Shown piece after piece: positions 18,515-28,111 of a stretch of 64,000 nucleotides of DNA; position 1 is the stretch's first letter, and each line of letters opens with the position of its first letter. The notes below the pieces were generated by a model. It had not been told where the DNA came from. It was given only the letters and a program-made list of their open reading frames with translations, and ran no database searches. Source of the stretch: Thermodesulfobacteriota bacterium. Its GTDB lineage: Bacteria > Desulfobacterota_D > UBA1144. Position numbers and translations under genes: made by a program. The stretch spans positions 72,405 to 136,404 of the forward strand of contig JAYZEP010000001.1 of the NCBI GenBank assembly GCA_036337225.1. Reading direction: 5' to 3'.

Positions 18515-19600
18515 CTAAAAAGCTCCGAGTATTTTAAAATAAGAAGTTGTTTTTTTAAGTTTCTCTATGCATTTTGCAGCCTCTTTGTGTTTTCCGCGAA
18601 CCGCAAAATCTATGAAGAACAAGTAGTCCCACTGCAATCTTCTTGATGGCCTAGATTGAATCTTTGTTAGGTTTATTTTTGCATTTCTAAAAGGCTGTAA
18701 ACACTCATATAAGGTCCCTGGCTTGTGGTCTAAGGAAAAAGCGATGGAGACTTTGCTGCACGAAGACAAGGAAGGGTTGGTGTTGTTTTTGGTTGGCTCT
18801 TTTTTTATTAGAATAAAAATTGTCGTGTTGTTTTTGTCGTCCTGTATGTTCTTTTTTAATAAATTCAGAGAATAAAGTTTGGCACAACCACTTGGTGCTA
18901 TTGCCGCACTGTTCTTTTGTTTGGCCGCTATAACGGCCGCACTAGAGGTGCTGCTGGACTCGACAATTTGCACACCAGGAAGGTTTCTTTGTACCCACAG
19001 CCTGCTTTGTGCTAGGGCTTGTGGGTGAGAGTATAACCTGTGTATTTTTTTTATGTTTTTTTCTTTTGAAAGAAGGCAGTGTTCTATGTTGTGAGAAGCC
19101 TCGTCCCATATTACAACACTTGTGTCTGTTAGCCTATCTAGTGTTTCACCAATTGGACCCTCTAGTGAATTTTCTATCGGCACAACGCCAAGATCTGCCT
19201 CTTCTCTCTCTACTGAAACAAATACGTCAGAAATGGAGCTTTGAGGTAAGAGGTTTTTTGGTTCGCCAAAAATCCTAGTTGTTGCTTCGGCCGTGTTGCT
19301 TCCGTCGGGACCAAGGTATGAAATCCTTAGTGGTTGTTGGACCTCTCTGCATGCAGAAAGTATGTTTTTGTATATTTTTTCCAGGCCTCCTGGGTCAATT
19401 GGGCCTTGGTTTGTGGATTTAAGTCTTTTTAAAATCTCCCTCTCTCTTTTTGGATCAAAAACCACATTGCCCTTAAGTTTTGTTGTTTGTTGGGCAATTT
19501 GGGCTCTTTTTAGTAAAAGCTTAAGTATGTGATCGTCTGTTAAGTCTATATCTCTTCTGAGTTGAGCTAATGTCTTTTTTTTGTGGTTTATTTTTGGCAT
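18515..19600 (-). CDS. pheA: Bifunctional chorismate mutase / prephenate dehydratase. The start is taken as the internal Met (MPKINHKK...) just downstream of the dnaN stop.
   Basis: A chorismate mutase helix region (LRRDIDLTDDHILKLLLKRAQIA) is present. The prephenate dehydratase motif RISYLGPDGSNTAEA and a C-terminal ACT domain are present. The ORF-track start at 19669 would overlap dnaN by 67 nt. Confidence 0.85.
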   Translation of the reverse strand: MPKINHKKKTLAQLRRDIDLTDDHILKLLLKRAQIAQQTTKLKGNVVFDPKREREILKRLKSTNQGPIDPGGLEKIYKNILSACREVQQPLRISYLGPDGSNTAEATTRIFGEPKNLLPQSSISDVFVSVEREEADLGVVPIENSLEGPIGETLDRLTDTSVVIWDEASHNIEHCLLSKEKNIKKIHRLYSHPQALAQSRLWVQRNLPGVQIVESSSTSSAAVIAAKQKNSAAIAPSGCAKLYSLNLLKKNIQDDKNNTTIFILIKKEPTKNNTNPSLSSCSKVSIAFSLDHKPGTLYECLQPFRNAKINLTKIQSRPSRRLQWDYLFFIDFAVRGKHKEAAKCIEKLKKTTSYFKILGAF

Positions 19601-19602
19601 TT

Positions 19603-20700
19603 TTATACTCTCATTGGCATAACAATTGCTAATTGTTGGTGCTTGTTGTTTTTGTTTGAATAAATACAAACAGGGCTAATTTCATCATTAACACAAATAA
19701 ACACCTTTTCTTCACTAAAAGTGCTTAGGGCGTCTATTAAATATTTAACATTAAACCCAACCTCTATGTTTTTTTCTGCCCCAGCGGTGTGTATTGTTTC
19801 CACCGTTTCTCCTTCGTCAGAAGTTGATTTAATCTCAAGCCCATCTTTAGTTATAAATATCCTTGCTCCTTTTGTTTTTTCTGATAAAACAACAGAAACC
19901 CTTTGGAGTGATTCAAGAAGTTGTTTTTTTTCTACCTCAAAAGTGTTTGAGAAGTTGTTTGGAATTACTCGTTTATATTCTGGAAACTCAACACCAACAA
20001 GTCTTGATAAAATTGATGTTTGCCCATTGTCACATATAAAAAAACTTTTAGTGTAGCCGACAGATACAACCCCAGTGTCTTTTATAAACCTTTTTAGTTC
20101 TTGGGCGGCTTTTTTTGGTAAAATAAAAGATCCATTTATTGTGTTTTGAAAATCCTCTTCTGTTAAGCTCATCCTGTGCCCATCTGTTGTAACCAATATG
20201 AGTTTGTTTTGTGTTGTCATGTCAAAAAAAACACCTGTTAGGTTCTTCTTTATATCGTCCGACCCAACAGAATAAAGGGTTTTTTGAAGGGCCCCCTCTA
20301 GTAACACGCTTTCTATTGTTACATATGAAAAATCTTCTGGTTTTGGTATTTCTGGAAAATCTTCGGTTGGTAGGGTTTTTATTTTTGTCTTACCGGTGGA
20401 ATAGTCAATCTCAACCTGATCATTTTTGTTTGTTGATATTTTGACGTCTTGGTCGGGTATTTTTTCTGTTATTTCAAGTATTTTTTTTGCAGGCAAACAA
20501 ACACCCCCATCCTCAGATATATTAGCTGGAATAGATGTGTGTATAGAGGATTCTAAGTCTGTTGATGACAAGTAGAGTCTACCTTGTTCTGTTCTAAATA
20601 AGATATGAGATAAAACCATCATTTGTGATCTCGTATCAACAACACCTTGAGTGTAAGATAGGTGTTTTAACAATAAGTTTTTATCAACGGAAAGCTTCAT
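19603..20700 (-). CDS. dnaN: DNA polymerase III beta sliding clamp.
   Basis: MKLSVDKNLLLKHLSYTQGVV... is present. The protein is 365 aa and sits directly downstream of dnaA. Confidence 0.9.
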   Translation of the reverse strand: MKLSVDKNLLLKHLSYTQGVVDTRSQMMVLSHILFRTEQGRLYLSSTDLESSIHTSIPANISEDGGVCLPAKKILEITEKIPDQDVKISTNKNDQVEIDYSTGKTKIKTLPTEDFPEIPKPEDFSYVTIESVLLEGALQKTLYSVGSDDIKKNLTGVFFDMTTQNKLILVTTDGHRMSLTEEDFQNTINGSFILPKKAAQELKRFIKDTGVVSVGYTKSFFICDNGQTSILSRLVGVEFPEYKRVIPNNFSNTFEVEKKQLLESLQRVSVVLSEKTKGARIFITKDGLEIKSTSDEGETVETIHTAGAEKNIEVGFNVKYLIDALSTFSEEKVFICVNDEISPVCIYSNKNNKHQQLAIVMPMRV

Positions 20701-20863
20701 CTCTTCTTCTATTATATTATATTAATATATTAATTAAACAGTAGTAGTAGTATGTGTGTTGAAATGTTAATAACAAAAAAAAACCCAAAGAATAACAACA
20801 AAAAAACCCAACATATACTAACAGTAATTAACAACAAAACAGGAACTAAAAAAACAATCAACA
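20701..20863. other. Highly AT-rich dnaA-dnaN intergenic spacer. It is a candidate DNA-unwinding region and dnaN promoter, and contains no perfect DnaA box.
   Basis: ctattatattatattaatatattaattaaa, followed by A-rich repeats (caaaaaaaaacccaaa / caaaaaaacccaac). Confidence 0.35.
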
Positions 20864-22297
20864 CTACTCGTCAATTTTTCCACCAGCTATCTTTCTAATT
20901 TTAGTTTGAATAATCCTAATTGGATTTTCTTGGGATGGGTTTTTTGCCAACAGGTCTTCAATGGTTGCAATTGAGTGCAACACCGTTGAGTGATCTCTAC
21001 CACCAAACTTCCTACCAATTTCCAACAACGAATCATCTGTGAAAACTCGAGATAGGTAAATTGCAACCTGTCTTGGCCTCACAACCCCACGGGTCCTTTT
21101 TTTAGAACACATATCTTGTACTGTTGTTCCATAAAAACTAGCAACTTCTTTTTGTATAAGCTCCACATTAACCAAATCAACACTGTCTTCTGATGACAAC
21201 CTTGTTGCAACATCGAGAACAAGTGATTTGTTAATTTGGACGTTTAACATAGCGGCCTGCCCAACCACATTATTAAAAAACCCTTCCAACTCCCTTATTG
21301 AGCCACCAGATTTTTCAGCCACAACAAACAAGACGGCTGGTTCGATAACTAACCCCAAGTTTTTTGCTTTTGTTTGAAGAATTGCGACCCTGTGTTCTAG
21401 GTCTGGAGGTAACACTTCAACAGAAAACCCCCATTCAAAGCGGCCAACAAGCCTTTCTTGGATTCCAGATAGTTGGTGGGGTGGCCTATCACTTGTTAAA
21501 ACAATTTGTTTGTTTGAATCATAAAGAGCATTAAAGGTATGAAAAAACTCTTGTTGAGTCCCCTCTTTTCCTGAGATGAAATGTATATCATCAATTAATA
21601 AAACATCACAATCAAAACGAAAAGACTCACGAAGCTCTTTTTGTTTGCCAGCCCTTATTGATGAAATGACTCTGTTGGTAAAATGTTCAGCGCTAAGGGA
21701 ACAAATTTTCAATTCCTTACTGTTATCATAAATAACATTTCCCACAGCATTTAAAAGATGTGTTTTTCCTAGCCCTGTTCTTCCATAAATAAAAAGAGGA
21801 TTATAAGATTGACCTGGTTTTTCACCTACTCGCTCGGCCGCAATTGCCGCCAGCGTGTTTGATGCACCCTGAACGAAACTCGAGAACGTTTGCTTTCCAT
21901 TAAGATGCCCCTCTCTAACCCTTGTTAGACCTCTTTGCCTAGTTGGCTCTTTTTTAATTTTAATTTCCGGAACCGAGGAGACATTTCGATCTTTAGACTC
22001 AACAACAACTTTTTTAGATCCAACATCGTCTTTAGCTTCCTCGTCAAATACCTTTTGTAAAATATGGAGATAGTGATTATTAATCCATTCGGCTGTCATC
22101 ATATCGGAAACAAAAAATTTGGCTTCGGTGTCACTTAGGTCAACAAGCTTTAGGGTGTTAAAAAAATGCTTAATTCCTGGAAAGCTCTCCGCGATATTGT
22201 CCACAATCATTGCCCCTAGTATGTTCTTGTCTACTAATTCAATATCACCGTCTTCTTGTTCAATAATGAGTGGTTTTTCGCTGCCGACTTTGGACAT
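20864..22297 (-). CDS. dnaA: Chromosomal replication initiator protein DnaA. The start is taken as the second ATG (MSKVGSE...) at 22297, preceded by a ribosome-binding site AAAGGGGG.
   Basis: Walker A GRTGLGKTHLL is present. AAA+ box motifs and a C-terminal DNA-binding domain (HSTVLHS) are present. The first in-frame ATG at 22321 lies inside a DnaA box. Confidence 0.95.
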   Translation of the reverse strand: MSKVGSEKPLIIEQEDGDIELVDKNILGAMIVDNIAESFPGIKHFFNTLKLVDLSDTEAKFFVSDMMTAEWINNHYLHILQKVFDEEAKDDVGSKKVVVESKDRNVSSVPEIKIKKEPTRQRGLTRVREGHLNGKQTFSSFVQGASNTLAAIAAERVGEKPGQSYNPLFIYGRTGLGKTHLLNAVGNVIYDNSKELKICSLSAEHFTNRVISSIRAGKQKELRESFRFDCDVLLIDDIHFISGKEGTQQEFFHTFNALYDSNKQIVLTSDRPPHQLSGIQERLVGRFEWGFSVEVLPPDLEHRVAILQTKAKNLGLVIEPAVLFVVAEKSGGSIRELEGFFNNVVGQAAMLNVQINKSLVLDVATRLSSEDSVDLVNVELIQKEVASFYGTTVQDMCSKKRTRGVVRPRQVAIYLSRVFTDDSLLEIGRKFGGRDHSTVLHSIATIEDLLAKNPSQENPIRIIQTKIRKIAGGKIDE

Positions 22298-22313
22298 GTG
22301 GACCCCCTTTTTG

Positions 22314-22344
22314 TTATCCACATTTTGTGGATAAATGTGGATAA
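22314..22344. promoter_or_regulatory. Cluster of three perfect 9-mer DnaA boxes: TTATCCACA at 22314..22322, and TGTGGATAA at 22326..22334 and 22336..22344. This is the dnaA promoter/autoregulation region and a candidate oriC core.
   Basis: Read directly from the sequence: ttgttatccacattttgtggataaatgtggataaaa. An AT-rich tract lies downstream (22440..22500, including aaaaaatttttttt). Confidence 0.7.
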
Positions 22345-22520
22345 AATTGTTAATAATCTAAGGTGGTTAACACCCCAATAAGAATTGCCTTCCTTAGACA
22401 ATTGATAGTATCAAACAATTAACATTCCGTCCAGGAATATTTGTAGAAAAAATTTTTTTTCTAATAGTAAGAACAAATTAAAATGAAAAAATTTTTCTAT
22501 ACAAAAGAAGAAGGCAACTT

Positions 22521-23144
22521 CTATGCCAACAACGAAGATAAAAAGTTTTCTATTTCTTTACCGAGAGTTTTTTGGCTAGACTTGTTAACCACAAGTTTGC
22601 AGTTTACTTCTTGAACTACATCAATAATTTTTAGATTATTTTTCTTGATTGTCTCGCCAGTTTCGGTGATGTCAACAACCGCGTCTGCTAAACCAACTAG
22701 CGGAGCCAATTCTACCGAGCCATTCAGGTATACAATTTCAGGAAATATTTTTTTCTTTGCAAAATATTTTTTTGTTATGTTTGGATACTTTGTTCCCACA
22801 ATCAAATCTGACCCGGGCAACAGACTAATCTTTTTATCTTTCAAACAAGCAAGCACCATTTTACATTTGCCGATTGGCAAAGATCCTGGCTCATAGATGT
22901 CGCAATTTGCTTCTAAGATACAATCTGAACCAACAAGACCACAGTCGGCGGCACCTAGCTCAACATATCTGGGGACATCCGCTGGTTTGCAAATCAATAC
23001 CCTAATGTTGTCAATGTCGAAAAGGAGCTCCCTCGTGGCCTTTTTGGCAATGCTTGTTGTGTATCCACGCTTGTCCATGAGCGCCATTACCTCTTTAAAT
23101 ATTCTGCCTTTGGCAATTGCCACCCTTATTCTTTCTCTCTCCAA
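22521..23144 (-). CDS. hisG: ATP phosphoribosyltransferase, short form.
   Basis: MERERIRVAIAKGRIFKEVMALMDKRGY... is present. The protein is 207 aa. Confidence 0.85.
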   Translation of the reverse strand: MERERIRVAIAKGRIFKEVMALMDKRGYTTSIAKKATRELLFDIDNIRVLICKPADVPRYVELGAADCGLVGSDCILEANCDIYEPGSLPIGKCKMVLACLKDKKISLLPGSDLIVGTKYPNITKKYFAKKKIFPEIVYLNGSVELAPLVGLADAVVDITETGETIKKNNLKIIDVVQEVNCKLVVNKSSQKTLGKEIENFLSSLLA

Positions 23145-24385
23145 ATCCTTGCTCCTAAGCTCTGTAGTTTATTATCAATTGATTCGTACCCTCTATCAAG
23201 ATGATAGATTCTGTGAACCTCGCTCCTACCTTTTGCGGACAAAGCCCCAATCAAAAGAGACGCACTTGCCCTCAGGTCGCTTGCTTGCATATTTGCTCCA
23301 ATCAGCTCTTTGACACCGCGTACAGTGGCGACATTCCCCTTTAAAGATATCTCTGCCCCTAATTTTCTAAGCTCCGCTATGTGAATAAACCTATTTGGAA
23401 AAATGTTCTCGGTGATTTTTGATGCCCCATTTGCCAAAACCAAAACCGACATAAGCTGTGCTTGTAAATCGGTTGGAAAAAAAGGGTAGGGGTTGGTTTC
23501 GATGTCAGTCGGACTAACGGTTAGCGGCGAGGATACTTTTAAAGTGGAAAGACCTTGCCCTTGAACCTTTGAGCCCACAGACTCTATCGCCCTTCTTGCC
23601 TCATCAAGATGTTTTGGCTCACAATTCAAAATCTCAATTTCGTTTCCTGTAATGCTGCCCAGCGCTAGAAACGTTCCAGCTTCAATCCTATCTGGTATTA
23701 CTCTGTAGGGCTCGCTTTGTGAGTTTAGGGATGTGGTTGGAACAATCTCAATCGTCTCGCCTTTTTGATTTATTGCTGCGCCTAAAGAAGATAAAAAATT
23801 AATCAAATCTTCTACTTCAGGCTCTACAGCGCAGTTATACAGGACCGTACTCCTTTTTGCTAAAATGGAAGAAAGAATTAAATTTTCCGTACCAGTAACG
23901 CTCTTTACCGCAAACTTATAGCTCCCCCCGGTTTCTTTGGGCGAAATGGATTCTAAATATCCTCCACCTATGGTTGTTTCGTACCCTAAAGCCTCAAAGC
24001 CCTTAATGTGCTGGTCGATTGGCCTATCCCCTATTGCACAGCCACCAGGAAAAGAAATTCTAGCCCTTCCAAATCTTCCAAGAAGAGCCCCCCAAATCAA
24101 AACCGAGGCCCTCATCGTTTTAACAAGATCGTATGGGGCTTCATGTTTGGAGATTTTCTTGGTATTTATTGATACGCTATTGTCTTCAAAGCAAGCTTCT
24201 GCGCCCAGTGTTTCAAGCAGTTTAAGCATTGTCTCTACGTCGCTAATTCTAGGGACGTTGCTTATTGTATATTCTCCGCCAAACAGAGCTGTGGCAGCCA
24301 GAATTGGCAGGGAAGAGTTCTTAGATCCGGATATTTCCACGCTTCCTTTTAGCGCCACTCCACCTTCAACAACTATTTTTTCCAT
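23126..24385 (-). CDS. murA: UDP-N-acetylglucosamine 1-carboxyvinyltransferase.
   Basis: MEKIVVEGGVALKGSVEISGSKNSSLPILAATAL is the canonical MurA N-terminus. The protein is 419 aa. Confidence 0.9.
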   Translation of the reverse strand: MEKIVVEGGVALKGSVEISGSKNSSLPILAATALFGGEYTISNVPRISDVETMLKLLETLGAEACFEDNSVSINTKKISKHEAPYDLVKTMRASVLIWGALLGRFGRARISFPGGCAIGDRPIDQHIKGFEALGYETTIGGGYLESISPKETGGSYKFAVKSVTGTENLILSSILAKRSTVLYNCAVEPEVEDLINFLSSLGAAINQKGETIEIVPTTSLNSQSEPYRVIPDRIEAGTFLALGSITGNEIEILNCEPKHLDEARRAIESVGSKVQGQGLSTLKVSSPLTVSPTDIETNPYPFFPTDLQAQLMSVLVLANGASKITENIFPNRFIHIAELRKLGAEISLKGNVATVRGVKELIGANMQASDLRASASLLIGALSAKGRSEVHRIYHLDRGYESIDNKLQSLGARIWREKE

Positions 24386-25236
24386 GTTCCTGCAACTACT
24401 CTGTCAATTTTATTTAAATCACGAAAAGATTCAACACTTTTATACCCGAGCACCTCGAGTAAGCTCTTTGTTTCTTCTGCCTGAGTATGACCTACCTCCA
24501 AAAAAATCTTCCCATTTTTTTTCAAAAAACTCCTACTATCTGAGGAAATTTTTTTTATATGGAAAAGACCCCTTGCGCCTGAGAACAAAGCCCCTTTAGG
24601 CTCATAATCCCTGATGGACACATCCAGTGATCCCTCCTCACTTCTGTCAATATAAGGCGGGTTTGCAAAAATATAGTCAAACTTAGTCCTGGGAACACTT
24701 TGAAATAGATTAGAATGTATCAGCTTTGTTTTCTTTCCTAGGCCCATGGCCTCCTGATTCTCACGACAACATCGCAACGCCTTGATGCTTTTATCAACTA
24801 GAAAAATTTTTTTTGTGCCAGCCGTCTCCTTTGCTATTGTAAGCCCAACACAACCACTCCCGGTACACATGTCTAAACAAATCAGGTTGTTAGAATGATT
24901 TTTTTTTACTTCGGAGATTACAACCTCTGCTAATATTTCGGTTTCGGGCCTTGGGACAAACACCCCTTTCTTTATGATGTATTCATTTGAATAAAAACAA
25001 CTTCTCTCGCAGATATAAGATATGGGCTCACCGCAAACCCTTCTTTCCACCAGCTGCAGAAACCTCTCTCTTGTTCTTCTAGGTACGCGGTCCTCGAGGC
25101 GGCTAAAAATATTCTCCAAAGTTTTGTTCGCGGAATACCCAAATAAAATGTTTGCCTCGGTAACATAGTCGTCATTACCATTTTTTTTTAATTTTTGTTG
25201 ACCCAGCTTAAGAACTCGATTGATGGAAACATCCAT
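24373..25236 (-). CDS. prmC: Release-factor glutamine N5-methyltransferase PrmC/HemK. The start is uncertain: the ORF track extends to 25311, and an internal Met at 25236 avoids a divergent overlap with yggS.
   Basis: The NPPY motif (FDYIFANPPYI) is present, as is the SAM-binding motif LDMCTGSGCVG. Confidence 0.8.
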   Translation of the reverse strand: MDVSINRVLKLGQQKLKKNGNDDYVTEANILFGYSANKTLENIFSRLEDRVPRRTRERFLQLVERRVCGEPISYICERSCFYSNEYIIKKGVFVPRPETEILAEVVISEVKKNHSNNLICLDMCTGSGCVGLTIAKETAGTKKIFLVDKSIKALRCCRENQEAMGLGKKTKLIHSNLFQSVPRTKFDYIFANPPYIDRSEEGSLDVSIRDYEPKGALFSGARGLFHIKKISSDSRSFLKKNGKIFLEVGHTQAEETKSLLEVLGYKSVESFRDLNKIDRVVAGTWKK

Positions 25237-25270
25237 TGTGTGATTATATACTATATTAAATTTCGGAGTT

Positions 25271-25966
25271 ATGGGCGAAGATATCAAGGGTAAGTTTAAA
25301 AAGTTCAACAAAGAGTTTAAAGACTATTGTGCCTCCAAAAAAAGCCCGGCCATTTTACTTGCCGTTTCCAAAACAAAGCCTCTGTCTCAAATCGTAGATC
25401 TTTTTGAGGAAGGCCAAAAGGCCTTTGGAGAAAACTACGCTCAAGAACTAAGAGACAAAGACCGAGAGAACTTAAATACAACAGGGAAAAACCTAGTCTG
25501 GCACTTTATAGGGCAAATCCAAAAAAATAAAATTAAATATATTGTTGGCCCAGCGGCCCTTATCCACACGGTTGATACTTATGAAAAAGCTGTTTTGATC
25601 AATTCTCTCTGCGAACAAAGACAAATAAAGCAAAGTATTTTGTTACAGGTCAATATTTCTAATGACAAAAACAAAGCGGGAATAAAAAGAGAAGATACAA
25701 AAGGTTTAATCAAGAAGATTAAAACCTTAGAGAAAATACAACTTAGGGGACTAATGACTATTACTGAATTCTCGGACAATCCAGAGAAATCAAGACCCTT
25801 CTACAAAAACCTAAGGTTGCTTGCCACGGAGTTAAAAGAAGAATTTCTTTCTAGCCCGGAACTGTCCATGGGAATGAGTGGTGACTATAGAGTGGCCATA
25901 GACGAAGGGGCGACAATCGTAAGAATAGGAAGTAAAATTTTTGGAGAAAGAAAAAAGACATTATAA
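25271..25966 (+). CDS. yggS: YggS-family PLP homeostasis protein (alanine-racemase-fold PLP-binding protein).
   Basis: AILLAVSKTKP...FGENYAQEL is present. The protein is 231 aa. Confidence 0.85.
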   Translation: MGEDIKGKFKKFNKEFKDYCASKKSPAILLAVSKTKPLSQIVDLFEEGQKAFGENYAQELRDKDRENLNTTGKNLVWHFIGQIQKNKIKYIVGPAALIHTVDTYEKAVLINSLCEQRQIKQSILLQVNISNDKNKAGIKREDTKGLIKKIKTLEKIQLRGLMTITEFSDNPEKSRPFYKNLRLLATELKEEFLSSPELSMGMSGDYRVAIDEGATIVRIGSKIFGERKKTL

Positions 25967-25973
25967 TCAAGTA

Positions 25974-26795
25974 ATGCGCGTAGGAATAATAGGTGCGGGA
26001 AATATGGCGACAGCAATTTTATCTGGCATAGCCGGAACACATAAGAGTGCGAGCATTTGCTGCTCAGATATCAGCCAAAAGCAACTATCAAAAATAAAAA
26101 CAACAAACAAAGTAAAAACTACAAAAGACAACACGGTTGCAATAAAAAAAAGCACTATTGTTTTTCTGTGTGTTAAACCGAACATTATAGAAAAAGTTGC
26201 AAAGGAAATAAGGCCCTTTCTTAAACCCAGCCAGATTGTGATTTCCGTAGCTGCCGGAGTAACCATGAAAAGCTTAGAGGCGTCTCTAGGTAAGAATAGG
26301 AAAATTATTAGAACTATGCCAAACTTGCCGTGTTTAATAAGAAAAGGGGTTGTTGCGGTGATGGCAAACAAAAACTGTACCCCTAAAGATAAAAAAATGG
26401 CGGAAAAGCTTATATCTTCTATTGGAAAACTTGTTTCCTTGCGCCGAGAAAGAGACTTTGATTGCATAACAGCACTGAGTGGGTCTGGACCAGCATTTTT
26501 TGCACAATATATTAGGTCGAACCTAGAGTTTGCGAAGTCCAAAAAAATTAATTCAAAAGAAGCTCGACTGCTAGTTTTTGAAACCCTTTCGGGAACCCTA
26601 GAGTTTTTACAACACACCCGCATAGAGTTAAAAGATTTTATATCTATGGTAGCCTCTCCGGGGGGCACAACGGAAGAAGGGCTAAAAACATTAAAAAATA
26701 GAAACTATAATAAAATTGTGAGATCCTGCCTCGAGGCGGCAGCAGAAAAGTCATCCAAGATTAGCGCCGGTACTAAATTGGGAGAAAAAAAATAG
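25974..26795 (+). CDS. proC: Pyrroline-5-carboxylate reductase. The start is taken as the ATG at 25974 (MRVGIIGAGNMA); the ORF track uses a TTG at 25941.
   Basis: The NAD(P)-binding N-terminus is MRVGIIGAGNMATAIL. The C-terminal motif SPGGTTEEGL is present. Confidence 0.85.
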   Translation: MRVGIIGAGNMATAILSGIAGTHKSASICCSDISQKQLSKIKTTNKVKTTKDNTVAIKKSTIVFLCVKPNIIEKVAKEIRPFLKPSQIVISVAAGVTMKSLEASLGKNRKIIRTMPNLPCLIRKGVVAVMANKNCTPKDKKMAEKLISSIGKLVSLRRERDFDCITALSGSGPAFFAQYIRSNLEFAKSKKINSKEARLLVFETLSGTLEFLQHTRIELKDFISMVASPGGTTEEGLKTLKNRNYNKIVRSCLEAAAEKSSKISAGTKLGEKK

Positions 26796-27083
26796 ATGGA
26801 TAATCTTTTATTCGCAATTGCTGGAATTTTAAATTCAATCTTTGAAATCTATTCTTGGCTGCTAATCGGTCGCGTTATAATTTCATGGGTAAATCCTGAC
26901 CCCTACAATCCGATTGTTCAATTTCTTATTAGAATAACGGAACCCGTTTTAGAGCCGATAAGAAACGCTATTCCTTCCTTTGGAGGAATAGACTTGTCTG
27001 TAATAGTGGCATGGTTAGCCATACGCTACCTAGGGCAAGTTTTTCTAGTTAGACAGCTTATAGATTTAGCCCACTCATTTTAA
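26796..27083 (+). CDS. yggT: YggT-family integral membrane protein.
   Basis: It is a 95-aa, two-transmembrane protein (IGRVIISWVNPDPYNPIVQFL) immediately after proC, which is the conserved synteny. Confidence 0.8.
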   Translation: MDNLLFAIAGILNSIFEIYSWLLIGRVIISWVNPDPYNPIVQFLIRITEPVLEPIRNAIPSFGGIDLSVIVAWLAIRYLGQVFLVRQLIDLAHSF

Positions 27084-27085
27084 CT

Positions 27086-27343
27086 GTGAAAATATCTGTT
27101 TTAGTTAAACCACGATCACGAAAATCCGAAGTGGTTTCTTACGAAGACAATATTCTGAAAGTTAGAGTTGCCGCAATTCCCCATAAACAAGCCTCCAACA
27201 AAGAACTCATCAAGGTGCTGTCGAATTTTTTTGATGTGCCAAAATCAAGAATAGCTATAGTAGGAAGGAAATCTAAGATTAAAATTGTTAGCCTAGACGT
27301 AGATAGCGAAGATATTGCCTTAGGCTTAAAAAAACTGTTATAA
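27086..27343 (+). CDS. yggU: DUF167 (YggU) family protein.
   Basis: It is 85 aa with VKPRSRKSEV...ILKVRVAAIPHKQASNKELIKVLS, and it is the fourth member of the yggS-proC-yggT-yggU cluster. Confidence 0.75.
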   Translation: MKISVLVKPRSRKSEVVSYEDNILKVRVAAIPHKQASNKELIKVLSNFFDVPKSRIAIVGRKSKIKIVSLDVDSEDIALGLKKLL

Positions 27344-27386
27344 TAAGAAACTAAAATAATCAGTATTTATCCATAGGAGAAAAAAG

Positions 27387-28049
27387 ATGAAGATAAGTTT
27401 ATTAGGTGGAACAGGAGCTTTCGCGGAAGGGTTAGTTATAAGATGGGCGAAGGCAGGACATGAAATTTTTATAGGGTCTCGTAAGCAGGAAAAAGCTGAA
27501 GGGATAACCAGCGAGATGCTGGAAAAGGCTAAGTCGGTAGGAGTTGACGCGAGTATTACCGGGCTTACCAACGAAGAAGCAGCAAAACAAACGGAAGTTG
27601 TAGTTGTTTGCCTCCCCCACGAATATGCGAAATCAACACTTGAAGGGATAAGAGACTCGTTTACGGATCAACTTGTTATAACCCCTGTTGTTCCGATGGT
27701 GAGAAACGAAGAAACTAAGAGCTTCCTTTTTCAACAACCGGAGTCGGGATCTTCAGCGGCAGAAATTAAAGAGGTTCTGCCCGACACTGTTAAGATAGTA
27801 AGCGCCTATCATAATATTCCTGCAAAGGGGCTAGCAAATTTTGAAAAAGAGCTAGATTACCACGTGGTAATTTGTGGAGATGATGAAGATGCAAAGAAAC
27901 GTGTGGCCGAACTCACGGAAGATATGCCAAATTTAAAGACCATAGATGCGGGGCCACTGGAGCTTTCTGGTATGATTGAGGCTATAACACCCTTAATTGT
28001 CAATATGAACATCAAGCACAAACACGAGTTTTCTATTAAATTCGTTTAA
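27387..28049 (+). CDS. fno: NADPH-dependent F420 reductase (Fno / NpdG family, F420H2:NADP+ oxidoreductase).
   Basis: MKISLLGGTGAFAEGLVIRWAKAGHEIFIGSRKQEKAE...ASITG...VSAYHNIPA...VICGDDEDAKKRV...DAGPLELSGMIEAITPLIVNM parallels the Fno family along its full length. A strong ribosome-binding site AGGAG is present. Confidence 0.8.
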   Translation: MKISLLGGTGAFAEGLVIRWAKAGHEIFIGSRKQEKAEGITSEMLEKAKSVGVDASITGLTNEEAAKQTEVVVVCLPHEYAKSTLEGIRDSFTDQLVITPVVPMVRNEETKSFLFQQPESGSSAAEIKEVLPDTVKIVSAYHNIPAKGLANFEKELDYHVVICGDDEDAKKRVAELTEDMPNLKTIDAGPLELSGMIEAITPLIVNMNIKHKHEFSIKFV

Positions 28050-28111
28050 TAGGTTGAAACTTTGGCAACGATGATTAACTTATAATGAAATTAAATTTTT
28101 AGGAGAAAGAC

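Noticed and set aside
20701-20863. A repetitive A-rich motif (caaaaaaacccaa) occurs twice in the dnaA-dnaN spacer, raising the possibility of a CRISPR or iteron array.
   Set aside because: There are only two imperfect copies and no regular repeat-spacer periodicity. It is better explained as an AT-rich unwinding or promoter region.
23937-24599. A 220-aa plus-strand ORF.
   Set aside because: It is antisense to murA and prmC, both of which have unambiguous motifs. It shows no conserved features.
25967-26668. A 233-aa minus-strand ORF.
   Set aside because: It is antisense to proC (clear Rossmann N-terminus on the plus strand). It is a shadow ORF.
28050-28111. A search for a CIRCE/HrcA operator or a sigma32 promoter upstream of groES.
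   Set aside because: No TTAGCACTC-N9-GAGTGCTAA inverted repeat is present. TTGAAA at 28054 has no suitably spaced CCCCAT-like -10, so no heat-shock element can be supported.
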